Part shown: in pieces, positions 14,169-29,091 of the stretch | Position numbering within the stretch: position 1 is the first letter of the stretch | Layout: the number at the start of each line of letters is the position of its first letter | DNA from: Octopus sinensis | Lineage: Eukaryota | NCBI RefSeq assembly: GCF_006345805.1 | Contig: NC_043015.1 | Span: forward strand, 40,176,001 to 40,240,000 | Direction: 5' to 3' | DNA length: 64,000 bases | Position numbers and translations under genes: made by a program | Notes under the pieces: generated by a model | What the model saw: the letters and a program-made list of their open reading frames with translations, nothing else | Told to the model about the DNA's origin: nothing | Database searches by the model: none

Positions 14169-14863
14169 GTATGTATGTATATATAAACATACGTATATAA
14201 TAAAATTTCTCTCTTTCTTAACCTCACTGTGTCTCACCTTAATAACCTCTCTCTCTCTCTCTTTCATTATACACACACACACACACACACACACTCAACC
14301 TCTGTTTCTCTCCTTTATTCTAATCTTCTTTCTCTCTCTCTCTCTCTCTTCTCTCTCTCTACAATGTTGAATTTATTAATTTCAGCCAAACTGTGTAACT
14401 GTGCTCTACCCAAGTGCCTCAAATCCATTCTTGTAATGCCTCAAACATTATTTTACCTTTCAAAATATTCACCTTTCTCTCCTGCTCTCCATTCAATCTC
14501 ACACACCAAAAAAAAATAATAATTTCAATAATTTATTTTCTTTGAGATGTTTTTATGTTTCCTTTTGTTCAAATGGAATTTATGTCTTTCCCTCCTTTTT
14601 GTTTTACATACAGGGTTCTAATCCAACCGGATTAACGTCACACAACAACCACCCCCTCATCCACCCACTGTACATACCCTCATTTCTGTATTTGGCATCT
14701 AGCTTCCCCCATTCTTTGTACCAAGCCGTCCCACATCCCACCCACTGCCACTCTGCATCACTACTGTACATACCATCATACCATCCCCAACGGCAACATT
14801 GGACCTCCATCCACCCCTGTCGCTCTATACAACTATCTATGCATGAGTATACACACACACACA

Positions 14864-14910
<47 letters not shown>

Positions 14911-16916
14911 ACCTCCCACATGTACACCCATTCATACAACTCCTACATACACACACACACACCTACACACAAATACTCCTTTCCGCACAAAACATCCACC
15001 CCTACCTGTAACAATAGTGGTCACACACATCCTGTATAGATTTACATTTTCCCTTGCATGAAGGACCGTTGTTGCAATATTTCTGTGTTTTACTGTTACC
15101 CTGCGACTGTGTAGGTTGAGGACCTCCCTCCTCTTTTGCTGTGTCACCTGCGTATGTCGATAATTTGGCACCTCGGTTGCTAATGATCCATATATGCTGA
15201 TAAATTACACCCTATGTCGTTGCAAGACCCATTTATGTTAAACATTTGACCCCCTTCTATTAGTCTGAGACCCAAGTATGATAAGGAATAAACCCTTCGG
15301 TTATTGTATAATCTCTGGATGTTGAGGACTCCGATTTGTTTGTTGCCATATGATAAGTGAAAGCTGACACCTTATACCCTTCGTTTCTGAGTGACCAATG
15401 GATGCTATGAACTTTGTTCCTCGTGTTCTTGTGCGACTTATGCCACTATGTTGAAGACACTCGCCCCCACCTTTTTGCTTTGTAACCCTTATATGGTAAA
15501 AACTTACTTTGGATTATTTGAAATAAGGGTGATAGTGTTTAGAGTTGTAGCTCTGTTTTTCTTAAACCGACCCCTGTCGAAATCATTCAACCAAAAAACT
15601 GTCTTAATTTGATCTGTTCAATGTTGATGGGGAAAGTCCTGAACTTGGAAGTAGGTAGCTGTGAAGAATTTGGCTGGTCATCCTCTGTTGGTTATAAGTG
15701 AAAAGACACATGGTCTGGTCACAGTAAGCACCTAAGCTTCCAGAGATGGGAAGGGCTGTACCATTGGCAGGGTACAGGCCACTCCCTTCCCTGAGGCATC
15801 TACTACCCACATACATAAAACAAAAATCCAAAACAATTTGAAAGAAAAAAGGATTTTTGCAATAAAAAAAAAGACTGAAATAAAAAATGCTTAACATTGA
15901 ATTTAAAGAAGAACTAAAGAGGCAGGAAATTGAAAAAAGATAAAATACTGACCCTCACTCCATTTAATCTCCATGTATAATCCATGTGCTTGGGTCAACG
16001 ATGAATTAAAAATTTCCCTTTTAGGTATGGGGACATAAAGACAACAAGGATAAAACTGCTCTCTTTTAATTTTATTTTCTGGCCCATCGACGAGTATATG
16101 TGTGTATACATAGTATATATTTCTTTGCTACCCACAAGGGGCTAAACACAGAGGGGACAAACAGGGACAGACAAACGAATTAAGTCGATTACATCGACCC
16201 CAGTGCATAACTGGTACTTAATTTATTGACCTCAGCAGAATTTGAACTCAGAACATAGCGGCAGACGAAATACGGCTACGCGTTTCGCCTGGCATGCTAA
16301 TGTTTCTGCCAGCTCGCCACCTTTTGTATACATAGTATATACATGTCAGCATAGTATATAGTGTGTACATACAAAGAGTATACACGTCAACATAGTATAT
16401 AGTGTGAAATTAAAAACAATCAAACAGTATCTTCATTTTTCAAAATCTTTGTTGCATTTCACATGGAATTTTTGCTCCTCCAAATTTGTCTTGGTGTAGA
16501 AGAATTCAATCTACTTTCTTTTGGAGGCTATAAATTTTGGCCTGAAAAATTCCACTTGTTCACTGGAAAATACGGTGTGTTCTGAGTTTAAATCCCTTGA
16601 GGATGGGTCAGGGTCACTCAACTGACATCGTCATCATCATCACCTCCTCTCTTGTGCTGATATTACAAACTCCTGAGAGGTGGGGGGTGGACTGACTGAC
16701 CAGTTGGTCAGGAGATAATAATACTTTGTTACATTAGGAGTTCAAATTCAACTGTAGTTAACTTTCTCTTTCTTTTGAGTCTCAATCAATAGGTACCGTT
16801 TCTTTTCTGTCTTGTAAAATTCTTGCCTTTCAGTTATGAATCCTTAATTTTGTAATTAGTCGTCTTGGTTCTTCATTACTCTATGGAAAATTACTATTAT
16901 TATTATTATTATAATA

Positions 16917-16951
<35 letters not shown>

Positions 16952-18115
16952 TTTTACCTTCTTTCTTCAAATTTTCTTTCATTTCTCACCGAGTATTTTC
17001 CGTAAACCTAGGGCAGAGAAGCTCATAGTACACATTCCCTGATTACACACGCAAACTCACAGGTAAAATATATATTTAAAAAATTATTATCGTTATTATT
17101 ATATTATTATTATTATTATCATCAAAGTGGCAAGCTAGCAGAACCATTAGCATACTGGACAAAATGCTTAGCAGTGTTTCATCTATCTTTGACTTACCCT
17201 TCTCCTCAAAAGCTGCTGACCCTCTGCCAAAACTTTGAAACCATTATTATTTCATCTGCCATTACGTCCTGAGTTCAAATTCTGCTGAGGTTGACTTTGC
17301 CTTTCATCCTTTTGGGGTTGATAAATTAAGTACCAGTTGCGCACTGGGGTCGATGTAATCGACTTAATCCCTTTGTCTGTCCTTGTTTGTCCCCTCTGTG
17401 TTTAGCCCCTTGTGGGTAGTAAAGAAATAAATTATTATTATTACTACTACTACTACTAAGAAGACGGCAAGCTGGTAGAAGCGTTAGCATGCTGTGTGAT
17501 ATGTCTAGTGATATTTCGTCTGTCACAATATTCTGATTTCAAATTCCACTGAAGTTGACTTTGCCTTTCATCCTTTCGGGGTCAATAAATTAAGTACCAG
17601 TGAAACACTGGAGTCAATGTAATCAATTTAATCCCTTCCCCCAAATCTGAGGCCTTGTGCTCTCAGTAAAAAGGCTTATTATTATTATTATTGTTGTTGT
17701 TGTTGTATTAAAAGCAGTGATGGCACTGGCAATGTCCACGCTCGAATGTTGCTTTTCATGTGCCACCAGCATATGTGCTGGTAAGGCGACACTGGCAAAG
17801 ATCACGCTCGAATGGTGCTTTTCACGTGTCACCAGCACAAGAGCCAATCCGTGGCCCTGGCAACAATCATGCTTGGATATGCTTTTAACCTTCCACTGGC
17901 ACAAGTGCCAATCAGGCGGTACTGTTATCAGCCATGTCAGCAATTTTGATTTGTTTGCTCTTGCCTCAGTAGTGGAGCTTTAGGTGTTTTCGCTCAATAA
18001 ACACTCACAATGCCCAGTCTGGGAATCAAAACCGCGTTCCTATGACTGCGAGTGCGCTGCCCTAACCACTGGGCCATTGTGCCTCCACATATATATATAA
18101 TATATATATATATAT

Positions 18116-18562
18116 ATGGCTACCCGCATGGTTCTTGGTCTCAAGAATTTGTCTTATGAAGAAAGGCTGAAGACGCTTGACCATTATTCTCTAGAAAAAC
18201 GACGACGCCGTGGTGATCTCATTCTTGCTCACAACATCATAAGCGGAAAGTGTAACCTCTCGAAAGAGCTGTTCTTCACTCCTGCTCCAGAGCATCGGCT
18301 GCGGGGTCATTCCGAAAAGCTCTATCTGCGACGATTTCATCTCAATCGAAGGAGAGAGGCTTTCTCCGTCTGGGTTGCGGATCCGTGGAATAAGCTGCCG
18401 GACGAAATGGTGAGGATGCCGACGACCGCTCGGTTCAAAGTCTCCCTTGACCACAAGTGGCCTGAACTCTTTACATGAACACCACCCTGTACATAACTCC
18501 ATGTCCCCCTACATGGCCTTGCTTTTTTGCTTTTTGAGCCAAAAAATTAACTAACTAACTAA
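18116..18562 (+). mobile_element. 5'-truncated CR1-clade LINE (ORF2 C-terminus, 3' UTR, (CTAA)n tail)
   Basis: ORF 18116-18478 has SYEERLK.L...SLE.RR.RGDLI...LRGH..KL...FS..V...WN.LP, the CR1 RT C-terminal signature; inserted in (TA)n. Confidence 0.88.
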
Positions 18563-18881
18563 CATATATAATGTAGCCATACACACACACACACACCTAA
18601 TTCTTTCATTTTCCTTCTGCTTCACTGATTCTCTCTCTTTCTCTTACACTGATGCCTTCTCTTTCTCTCTCACTCTCTCTCCCCTTCCTCCTCCAGCCCC
18701 CTTCTATGACACACCTATCCCCACTCCTGCAAACTATTATCAGACCATAATCACAGACTTTTCATAATTAAAAGGCTCAAAACTACTTCATATTGAGAAA
18801 TAAACCATTTTTGCTGTTAACGATTCTGTTAACGACTCTCGTTGTCACCTCTCACCTGTAATTTCTTTATTTTTCTGCCAG

Positions 18882-18911
18882 GTAAAGAAGTAAATAAAAT
18901 TCATCCAAGAG
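18882..18911 (+). CDS. Candidate 30-nt microexon
   Basis: Pyrimidine tract plus CAG, GAG|GTGAGG donor. Phase 1 reads (G)KEVNKIHPR; phase 0 reads VKK-stop. Confidence 0.35.
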
Positions 18912-19906
18912 GTGAGGTTCGTCATCACCACCACCACCACCACCACCATTACTTAAGCCATCACTGTCATTGTTCTCCGTAATTGCTATTACCATCATCG
19001 CTGTTGCTGTATCCATCAATCATCATCACCGTTGCCGTAGTTGTCATCACCATCACTATCATCGTCATCGTCATCATAATTGAGCCACTGTCATCCATTA
19101 TTGTCATCGCCGTAATCATCATCATCATCATTGTCATCACAATTACCACCAACTGTTGTCATCACTACCGGCACCACCACCACCACCACTGTCACCATAT
19201 CTCCACCTCCATCACCACCCTTCCAGCTGAAAACATGAAGATTACCACTGTTGCGTTGCTAGGCAATGTTTTCAGAATCCTTAATTTCATTTTCTTATCA
19301 CAGATAATCTCTTAAGTCACTCCTTCCTTCTTTCTTTCCTCCTTGCCTCTGGTTCTTTCCAATGTAGACCATTCTTGGAACTACAAACGTGTTTCAGGAA
19401 TTACTCCAAGAGCGTTTGGTCAGGACATGAATATATCTGACCAAACATTGCATGACTGAACCCTTTTGGCATCAATCAACCTTAGACCACCTCTAATGCA
19501 CCCGAGACCAAATCTTGTTCTTTGAAACAAACTTCCTATTTGAAACTGATTTAAATGTAAACCTTCCATTAAGATTCCTTGTTAATTTATCTTCCAAATA
19601 CCAGACATTTCATTAAATTCTTCATTGTTTTTCTAAATTATCTGAAATAAAAGCAGTGAATTTCAACAGCATTTTAAAAATGAGTTTTATGTCTATTCAT
19701 TTATTTATTTATATATATATTTATTTTTTCACTTAATTATTCATTCTGTTCATTTCTCTCATGTAATCTTCTCTCTTCCAGAAGACAATTCTTACCATTT
19801 TCATTCCATTTAATAAATTTATTTTATTCCAAGTTATGATGTGTAATGTTGTAAATCCTTATATTAATTCAACTCGTAAAATGTACAATTGTACATTAAC
19901 CCCATA

Positions 19907-19947
<41 letters not shown>

Positions 19948-20001
19948 TACATATATATATATATAAATATATATACATATATATATATACATATATATAC
20001 A

Positions 20002-20037
<36 letters not shown>

Positions 20038-20104
20038 AATATATATACATATATATATATATAAATATATATACATATATATATATTATATACATATATA
20101 TACA

Positions 20105-20191
<87 letters not shown>

Positions 20192-20348
20192 GCATCTTTA
20201 TGGTGACATTAATTCCATAAAAATAATCGTTATTAACATTTACTTTTTATTCATCTTCATGGAAAATTCTAGACATTAAAATTTCAACTGGGTTTAGAAT
20301 CGTTTCTTTCTTTTCCTTCTTCTTTATTTCTTTCTTCTTCTCCTTCAG

Positions 20349-20465
20349 CATCGTGATGCTAAAATTGATGTAAATTCTGAGATTTTTCAACCCAACAGTG
20401 TTGTATTCTCTTTGTCTGAGACACAGAAGCTAATAACGGAACAAAAATTACCTCGAAAGAAAAAG
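20349..20465 (+). CDS. Candidate exon, phase 0-0
   Basis: Long pyrimidine tract plus CAG; 117 nt open: HRDAKIDVNSEIFQPNSVVFSLSETQKLITEQKLPRKKK; weak donor AAG|GTTTCT. Phase-compatible with 13774-13844 and with 32264. Confidence 0.45.
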
Positions 20466-21059
20466 GTTTCTATTTACTTGAAATTCCCTCCCGTTTTCGG
20501 TGTGAACATTTACCCTCCACCAGTTTGCATGCCAATTCCTATGTCATACCCAGTTCTCAATATCATGGGGCTTTTCGCACTATGTTTTGTCCTTCTACTG
20601 TGTAAAATTAGCACCATTTTGGTATAGCCTTGTGTTCTAGCAGTTTACATTAGCACCATTCTAACAGTCTTTTCCCATGTTTTTCTTTCCAAAACCCTTG
20701 AAATTCTCTTCAATTACTAACTTTAACGGGTATTTTTTAAAAATAATTGTAATTAATTTTTCCATTTAATTATTGTTCCCATCTTTTTAATACATCTGTT
20801 ACATAATAAATATATTCGTTTCTCTAAAGTCTTAAAGTACCAAGGTCTGAACTTAATTTACTTTTCTTCAAACAAAAATAAATTCTTATTTTCATTCAAA
20901 TGGTTTAGGTTTAAAAACATTTATTCTTGACCTTAAAATATCATTGTAAATAATTTTTTACACTTCAAATTCCACACTATTATTGAAAGACAATGACAAA
21001 ACCATAAGTGTTGCAGAGTTTTAAGTATTCTTTACATTTGAATACTATTATTATTATTG

Positions 21060-21098
<39 letters not shown>

Positions 21099-21111
21099 TT
21101 ATTGTTATTAT

Positions 21112-21415
21112 TCAAGACAAAGAGCGCGATTCGATTGTAAGATATTTTATTAGTTGAACGATATTTCAACAGTACGTCTGTCTTTGTCAAGTTCAAAATA
21201 AGAAGTGATAAAAATTCAAAATTATAGAAATTTAAACATAAAGTATGAACGAGGGCAACCAGTGTCCACACGTTGATGGAATGACATCATCAGTCTTTAA
21301 GTTAACAATTTTATCACTTCTTATTTTGAACTTGATGACAAAGACAGACTTACTGTTGAAATATTGTTCAGCCAATGAAATATCTATTACAATCGAATTG
21401 CACTCTTTGTCTTGA
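21112..21415. mobile_element. Inverted repeat (about 105 bp arms, about 90 bp spacer) inserted in (TAT)n, Penelope-like
   Basis: 21112-21216 vs 21307-21415 are reverse complements; TAT microsatellite on both sides. Confidence 0.75.
21154..21196 (-). ncRNA. Minimal type I hammerhead, U3-A8 variant
   Basis: Minus strand: TTGAAC [TTGACAA] A GACAG-ACGTA-CTGTT GAA ATAT C GTTCAA; 6-bp stem I, 5-bp stem II, palindromic ATAT stem III, AUC triplet. Confidence 0.6.
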
Positions 21416-21627
21416 CTATTATTATATTATTATCATTATTATTATTACTTACAACAGCAGTTATAAAACAAAGAAATTCGTTTGACAGAATGCTTGCTGC
21501 AGTGAGCAGATGCTTTGCAGAAATTGTTACATTTTCCTTTCCTTCCCCTTTTAATAAAACAAATAATGCTTGATGATGGGGTGTATAAGTCATCACCCAA
21601 GTTGTATAAATTATCAAATATATATAC

Positions 21628-21721
<94 letters not shown>

Positions 21722-22042
21722 TGCCAGTCCCCTCTGTCCCCTGTGCTGATGGCATGTAAAAAGCACCCACTGCACTCTCGGAGTGGTTGGCGTTAGGAAG
21801 GGCATCCAGTTGTAGAAACACTGCCAGATCAGACTGAAGCCTGATGCAGCCTCCTGGCTTCCCAGATCCTGGTCGAACCGTCCAACCCATGCCAGCATTG
21901 GAAACAGATGTTCAATGACGACGACGATGATGATGATGGTGTGTGTCCTGAGTTCAAATGCCACTGGAATCAACTTTGATAAAGCACTACTCAGTTCCTA
22001 AAGTTGGTTATTCTACCCACCCACTCTCTCTCTCTCCCTCCT

Positions 22043-22074
<32 letters not shown>

Positions 22075-23624
22075 CTATGCTGAATCACCTTAGCAACATT
22101 ATAACAGCCCACAGGATTAAGCAAGTCACTGGGCCCTGAAGTATTTATTAACAGCAAGTCATGGGTCCCTTAGGCTTGTGAAGCCCCAGTCAGCTTTCCA
22201 AAGAGCCCAAGCATTCAGATAGCACTGACACTACACTATGTCTAGATCATAGAAGAACCAGTCAAAGAGTTTCCTTCCAGGGACGTGGATGGCTTGATTT
22301 AAGCACAGCAAAGTTATCTTGCATGTTACAATCCAAAGAATGCATTCAGAGAAATCTTAGATTATAGTGATTGTAGACAATTCAATGTGTTGTATAGCAT
22401 GGAATGGTTTGAAATTATAGATTATGAAACTCTTTCCTCCTCCTCACTCATCATCATCATTTAACGTCCACCTTTCATGCTGGCATGAGTTGGATGGTTT
22501 GACAGGGTCTGATAAACTGAAGGACTGCATCAAGTACAAATGTCCCTTTTAGCATGGTCCATACAGCAAGGGACTTTTCCTGATGCCAACCACATTACCA
22601 AGTATACTGGGTGCTTCTTTTGTCCTTTGTGATGATTACCTTGTAACCAGCAAGGCTAAGGGCCTAAAGTGGCCCCTATAATTGAGAAAGAATAGAAGGG
22701 AAAGACGGTGGTGATTCCAGGTGAAGACCAATAAATCTTTCTTTCCCAATTTTTGATGTTTTAAACATTATTCTAAGAAGCTTAAGCAACATTTCTTTTC
22801 AAGGCTGCGTATTTATGTTACAGTAAATGAGATTTTGTGGCAGTCATGCTGTATTCCAGACAGTTCTGACATGTAAGTAAAATGTTTTCACTTAAAAACA
22901 GGAACCAGTGTTAACCTCTTTCTTACTTTGTTTATGTTAATCAAGGTAGATAACTCTATTAATACCAACTGATTAAAATCAAGACAAGACAAACTGAAGG
23001 GGTCTTTAACAAACTGACTGGTGACAGTAAAAGACATGTTTCTGTGTTATTGCACCTCTTCAGGTGGCTGAGTGATGTCAGCTGGTTTTTTTTTTACATG
23101 GACAAGAAACTATAAGTTTTAAGGAAATTTTAAGTGGGGAAGTTGTGGCAGTCATTCATCTTCCTTATGACATTAATACCATTTAATATCTGTGATAGAA
23201 TTGCAACAGAAATGAAAACTGAAAAAGTTGAACAGCAATACACTTCTTCCCTTATTATGAGAAAATGAACCAATATGGGTAACCAAAACTATGAGACAAA
23301 GCTGCTTAGTCTCCCTCAAATCACAACTGACTACCTTAATAATAGAAAGACTTATTGCACAGTGTAATCCTAGATAGATTATACCTAAATAAAAGACTGG
23401 GTGGTCATAAATGGAATGTCTTTGATCCTAGGTCTACTTGATTATGGCTGCGAAAATATAACATTACCAATACATTTTAACTCCTAAAATTTCTCAACTG
23501 TTTTACCAAACCTAATCCTTATCAGGGATAAAAACTAGACCAACCCTTTAATATCACTTGTGTTAAAACCAGGTTACTCGACTCCTTCTTTGAAAGCCAC
23601 AAAATATTTTCTTTTCATTGACAG

Positions 23625-23666
23625 ATAGAAGACGAAAACCCCGGATATTTGAAGAAATGCATGTAA
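23625..23666 (+). CDS. Candidate (possibly terminal) exon
   Basis: ttttcttttcattgacag acceptor. Phase 0 reads IEDENPGYLKKCM-stop and is followed by AT-rich, UTR-like sequence. Confidence 0.3.
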   Translation: MEDENPGYLKKCM

Positions 23667-24014
23667 CTTTGGTCATAGTAACAACCCTTATTTTCAGAAC
23701 AACCTTCTCCCTTTCAGTTGGCTTTTGACCCCTGTTGCATGTTTCTCTTAAAAAGGTTTTGTTCCCATTTCCATGATGAACAAATTCTGATGTCATTGAT
23801 TTTTGTTGTTTTGTTGTTTTCTTTTTGTTTGTTTTTCTTCTTTTTTTTTGGTTTGTTGGTTTTCTTTTGTCTTACTTTTTGTTCCTTGTTACCATTTATT
23901 TTATGATGTATTCAAATAATTATCAGATATTTTATATATATATAATTAATATATTTTTGCTTTCTTTTATATATATTGATTTATGTCACGTTCAAGCATC
24001 AACCTCAGCAACTT

Positions 24015-24053
<39 letters not shown>

Positions 24054-24285
24054 GAGAGAGAGAGAGAGAGAGTGTGTGTATTTAATAAAGTATGGAAAGC
24101 ATATATGGTATTTAGACTTTATAAAACATACAATTGTTTCCTCAAACAACAGTCATGATTACATAATAGTTAAAAACATACTCTTAATTCATCTCATCAC
24201 CTCATCAGTGTTGGCAAAAATTAAAAAGATATAAATACAGTATCAGACACTTACATTACATGAGTATATATGTATATATACACAT

Positions 24286-24333
<48 letters not shown>

Positions 24334-24680
24334 TTGGATTTAGGGTGAGTCATATTTGAAGGCAGTGAGAATTGGCTGTTCTGATAAAGTTCTTGTTTTT
24401 GATGTGTTTATAGAATAGCACTTGCCCAAACTATAACTGTACTGGTTTCGACATGTGGCTTTAAGTACAACAATGAATATGTGTGTGTGTAGTGTGTGTA
24501 TAGTCACTGCAAAATACCATTTGGTTTGTCTTCATTATAACTTGCACAACTTAATCCCAGTACAAACTAATAAGTCCTGGTTCCATTTACACAGATACTC
24601 TTACAAGGATTTGGAGTAATTTGTTATATTGTTAAATTCTGACACCATCCATCACTTCTAAGCCTAACAGGAAACATATA

Positions 24681-24715
<35 letters not shown>

Positions 24716-24916
24716 TAATAGTGTCACTGAGACTCAAAGGTGTCAGGTAATGCTGAATAAGTACTATAGACAGACCATGGTTAAGTTCCAGATTCGGTAA
24801 TATTGCGAATAAAGGGTTCAACATTGGTTCTATGTCAGCGTGTGTATAAAAGAATATTTTGCATAATAAGATAAAAAACAAAGGCTGTATAGATATTAGA
24901 ACATTTATAGATAGAA

Positions 24917-24970
24917 GGTCTTACAACTGTTTCTAGGATATTAATTAATAATATCCCTTCATCAGAGACC
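24917..24970 (-). ncRNA. Minimal type I hammerhead ribozyme, canonical CUGAUGA core
   Basis: Minus strand: GGTCT [CTGATGA] A GGGATATTA-TTAAT-TAATATCCT A GAA ACAGTTGT A AGACC; GUA triplet. Confidence 0.8.
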
Positions 24971-25088
24971 GTGTGAGAGGATAGTTAAGTCATAGTTAGT
25001 TTAGATGTGATTCTATTTTCTTTCCTCCACCTCATTCTCTATTTGTATCACATCTAAACTAACTATGACTCAATTTTTCCTCTCACAC

Positions 25089-25142
25089 CGTCTCCGATGA
25101 AGGGATATTATTAATTACTATCCTAGAAACAGCTGTAAGACC
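25089..25142 (+). ncRNA. Hammerhead copy in the opposite arm, core CCGAUGA (U4C)
   Basis: CGTCT [CCGATGA] AGGGATATTATTAATTACTATCCTA GAA ACAGCTGT A AGACC; perfect palindromic stem III, mismatches in stems I and II. Confidence 0.6.
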
Positions 25143-25883
25143 GTCTATCTATAAATGCTCTCATATCTATACAGCCTTGGGTTTTTTTATCTTATTACGC
25201 AAAAAATTCTTGTGTGCATGTGCGTGTGCGTGTGTGTAGTCATAGCATATAAAGCAGAATTTATCATCTGAATGTAAATAAATTCACTTCTTTGTTTTCT
25301 ACTTTTACAACTTTGTTCCTGTTCTGCAGATATTTGATATCAGTTACAATGAAGTTTTGCAGTAATAAAGAGATAATCCAGTAATACGTTTGAAATAATC
25401 TTATAGACTACCTATAATCTATATCTCATTTCTAAAAACTTTTCGCTCATATTTTTTTTCCTTTCTGAAATAATCCTTTTGTTTTAATATTGTTGAATTT
25501 TCAGAAAAACAAATTTATTATACTACCTGGCCTACCATATATATATCATCATCATCATCATTATCATTTAATATCCACTTTCCTTGCTGGCATGGGTTGG
25601 ACTGTTTGACTGGAACTGGTAAGTCAGAGAGCTGCATCAGCTTCCAGTCTGATTTGGTTTGGTTTCTAAGGCTAGGTGCTCTTCCTAAAGGGCATGTAGC
25701 CATAGAAACCAAGCCAAATCAAGCCTTTCCTAATGCCAACCACTTTACAGAGTGTTTTGGATGCTTTTTAATGTGGCACCAGCACAAGTGTTTTTACATG
25801 ACACCAGCACAGGACCTTAGCTGGCCAATGCTCTTCTCCAGAGGGCCTCCTCTTCATCAGGAGGCCTCTTCTTCATAAGGGGG

Positions 25884-25916
<33 letters not shown>

Positions 25917-27712
25917 CTTATAGAAGTTAGTTCATTAATTTGTTATTCTGGACTGGCTTAAATAAAGTACTGTACTTTATTTGTACTGAGTACTTCTCCA
26001 GATAATTACCCAACATCTGTGTATACACACACACACATATACACATACACACACTCACACACACATACACACACTCACACACACATACACACACAGAAGC
26101 TTATGATGCACTCCATTGCTGCTCTAAACTTCCCCACACAAAGAATGCAACTCAGAGTAATGACGTCATCCTGAACTTCTGCTTTTTTTTCCTCTGATTT
26201 GTGCAAAACTTTGGCAATGCAGGAAGATTAAACTAACTCTTTTACTCTTTGTGCTGGTCCATTCCTGCATCTTACAAGTTCCAGCAATGTCTTGGAACCT
26301 TTCTCCCAACAAATCTAAAATTTTAATTTTTTTTTAGATTATAAACTAAAACTTCAGTATTTAAATATTCATTTGAATTCATCTGATAAATTATTCAATC
26401 CCTTCAATGTTGCTTTTTTTCTCTCTACCCCCCCCCCATTGTCCACCCCCTAAAAAAACTTGTATGAATCTACCTTTTCTGTTTTTCTTTCTCTGTTTCT
26501 CTGTCCAAAATGTAATGAACTGAATATCTGTAATTCTACACTGATGATGCTCAATGATGCAGAAACAGTCTGTTTATAAATATAGCTATAGAAGAAATAT
26601 GAAATATTCAATAATTTTATACTAAACTATGTAAACATAAAATGTATGTAAATATATATTAAAGTTTATATACTGGGTAATTGGGCTTTTTGTCACCTGT
26701 ATTTGTGTGTGTGAGTGTGGGTAATCATTCTAATTAATAAACGAGCATTACTATTTTGTAAATTGTCATATCCAAAATGTATTACAATGAAAGTTACTAA
26801 ATCTAAAATGAATTTTATTGATTTGATATTTCTTGCTTTCAGGTTTATTTATCAGCTTTTTTTCTTTTCTGGTGTCAAATGACAACAATTCTCTCTCTAT
26901 CTCCCTCCCACACTCTTTCTTTCTCTCGCTCATAAATTACAAGTGGCTGTGTGTGTGTATGTGTGTTCTCGGCATGTTTCTACAGAATGTGGACAGACAG
27001 GACTCCTCATAATTGTACGTTAAGTACTTGAGAACATAATGTGTGTGTATATAACTAATGTGTGAGTGTGTGTGTGTGTGTGTATGTGTGTGTCTATGTA
27101 CTTTCTGAATCTGTATTCATTGTGCTTCTTTGATGTGAGTGTATGCATTATGTATGCGTGTGTATATGTTTATTTGATAAGTGTGTGTGTGTGCATTGTG
27201 TGTTGATATAAGTGTGTGTACAATTCGTGAGTAGTTATATAGCTGATTTGCTTGGACTGTGTATGTGTGTGCATGAATCAGGAGTAAGTATTGAGTGTAT
27301 ATGGGCATGTGTGTGTGTTTGTGTGTGTGTGTACATGTAGATGTAGATATATATAGATATATACATATACACACATACATAGATATATGTTGATATACAG
27401 ACACAAACATAGATATACACTCACATACACACATGTAGATATAGATAGATATATGTATTGGTAGACACATTTTCATATATATATATGTGTGTGTGTGTGT
27501 GGAGAGAGAGAGAAACATACAGCAGTATATGTATACATCATGTGAGTGTGTGTGTGCATATAGTAAGTATATACTCTGTAAAGATGAGGTCAACAGTGTT
27601 AGATATCTATGTTTGTACACTGTCTAGATGTAAAAGCATAGATCTTGTGTGGATGTGTTTAATAGTATTAAGTTGGGAAGGCAATTGGCACGAAATGGAA
27701 GTAAAATTGAAG

Positions 27713-27751
<39 letters not shown>

Positions 27752-28371
27752 TATTGCTTTCTCTGATAATATTGCTGTTAATCTGATATGTTGGAGATTA
27801 ACAACATCCACTGTAAGTTCGCCCTTGCTTTCTAGGATAGGCACAAGGCCTGAAATTTGGGGGAGAGTCGTAGTCAATTACATTGGCCCCTAGCACTCTG
27901 CTGGTACCCTGAAAGGATGAAAGGCAAAGTCGACCTTGACGGAATTTGAAATTCAGAATGTAACATCAGATGAAATACTGCTAAGCATTTCACCCAGAGA
28001 GCTAACGATTCTGCCATAATCATCATCATCATCGTTAATGTCCGCTTTCCATGCTGGCATGGGATGGACAGTTCAGCTGGGGTCTGGGAAGTCAGGTGGC
28101 TGCACCAGGCCCCAATCTGATCTGGCTGTGTTTCTAAAGCTGGATGCCCTTCCTAATGTCAACCACTCTGAAAGTGTTGTGGGTGCTTTTTACGTGCCAC
28201 TGGCACAAGGGCCAGAGGAGCTGGCATCGGCCATGTTCAGATGATGCTTTTTACATGCCACCGGCTCGAGTATCACAACTACAATTTCCATTTGGTTTGA
28301 TTTTGATATTGATTTTGATAATATATATATATTATACACACACACATATATATACATACATATGTATATAT

Positions 28372-28407
<36 letters not shown>

Positions 28408-28412
28408 CTTTC

Positions 28413-28789
28413 TCTTTTACTTGTTTCAGTCATTTGACTGCGGCCATGCTGGAGCACCACATTTTAGTAGAGCAAATCGACACCAGGACTTATTCTTTGT
28501 AAGCCTAGTACTTATCCTATCGGTCTCTATTGCCGAACCGCTAAGTTATGGGGACGTAAACACACCAGCATCGGTTGTCAAGCGATGTTGGGGGGACAAA
28601 CACACACACATATACACACATATATACGACGGGCTTCTTTCAGTTTTTGTCTACCAAATCCACTCACAAGGCTTTGGTTGGCCCGTGGCTATAGCAGAAG
28701 ACACTTGCCCAAGGTGCCATACAGTGGGACTGAACCCGGAACCATGTGGTTCATAAGCAAGCTACTTACCACACAGCCACTCCTATGCC
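28413..28789 (-). mobile_element. SINE family B copy
   Basis: Reverse complement of the 2700-3110 element. Confidence 0.85.
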
Positions 28790-28791
28790 TA

Positions 28792-28832
<41 letters not shown>

Positions 28833-28893
28833 TAACAGAATGATATAAAAAATCCAAGGGTGTGAATAGTTTTCAGAACTTTTATAAAGAGAA

Positions 28894-28943
28894 AGTGTTA
28901 CAGCTGTTTCCGGGATATTTTATACATCTCTTCAACAGAGACT
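28894..28943 (-). ncRNA. Degenerate solo hammerhead of the 24.9 kb family
   Basis: Minus strand: AGTCT [CTGTTGA] AGAGATGTATAAAATATCCCG GAA ACAGCTGT A ACACT; flanks resemble the 24850 element. Confidence 0.5.
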
Positions 28944-29091
28944 GTGCGAGAAAATGTTTAAGTGATAATTATTGTAGAGAAGACAGGAGATACAGAAGGA
29001 AGTGAAGAAATGAAAATAGAATTAAGATACGTAAGGATATTGTATTTGCAGCTCCATTATTTAAGCAGAATGGTGTATGTATATATATATA

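Larger units (their letters stand above)
24850..25211. mobile_element. Inverted repeat (about 160 bp arms, about 35 bp spacer), Penelope-like
   Basis: 24850-25011 vs 25047-25211 are reverse complements; hammerhead in both arms. Confidence 0.82.

Noticed and set aside
24432-24470. Additional hammerhead-like GAAACCAGTA motif on the minus strand (also about 52065-52095)
   Set aside because: The core heptamer and stem I partner could not be identified.
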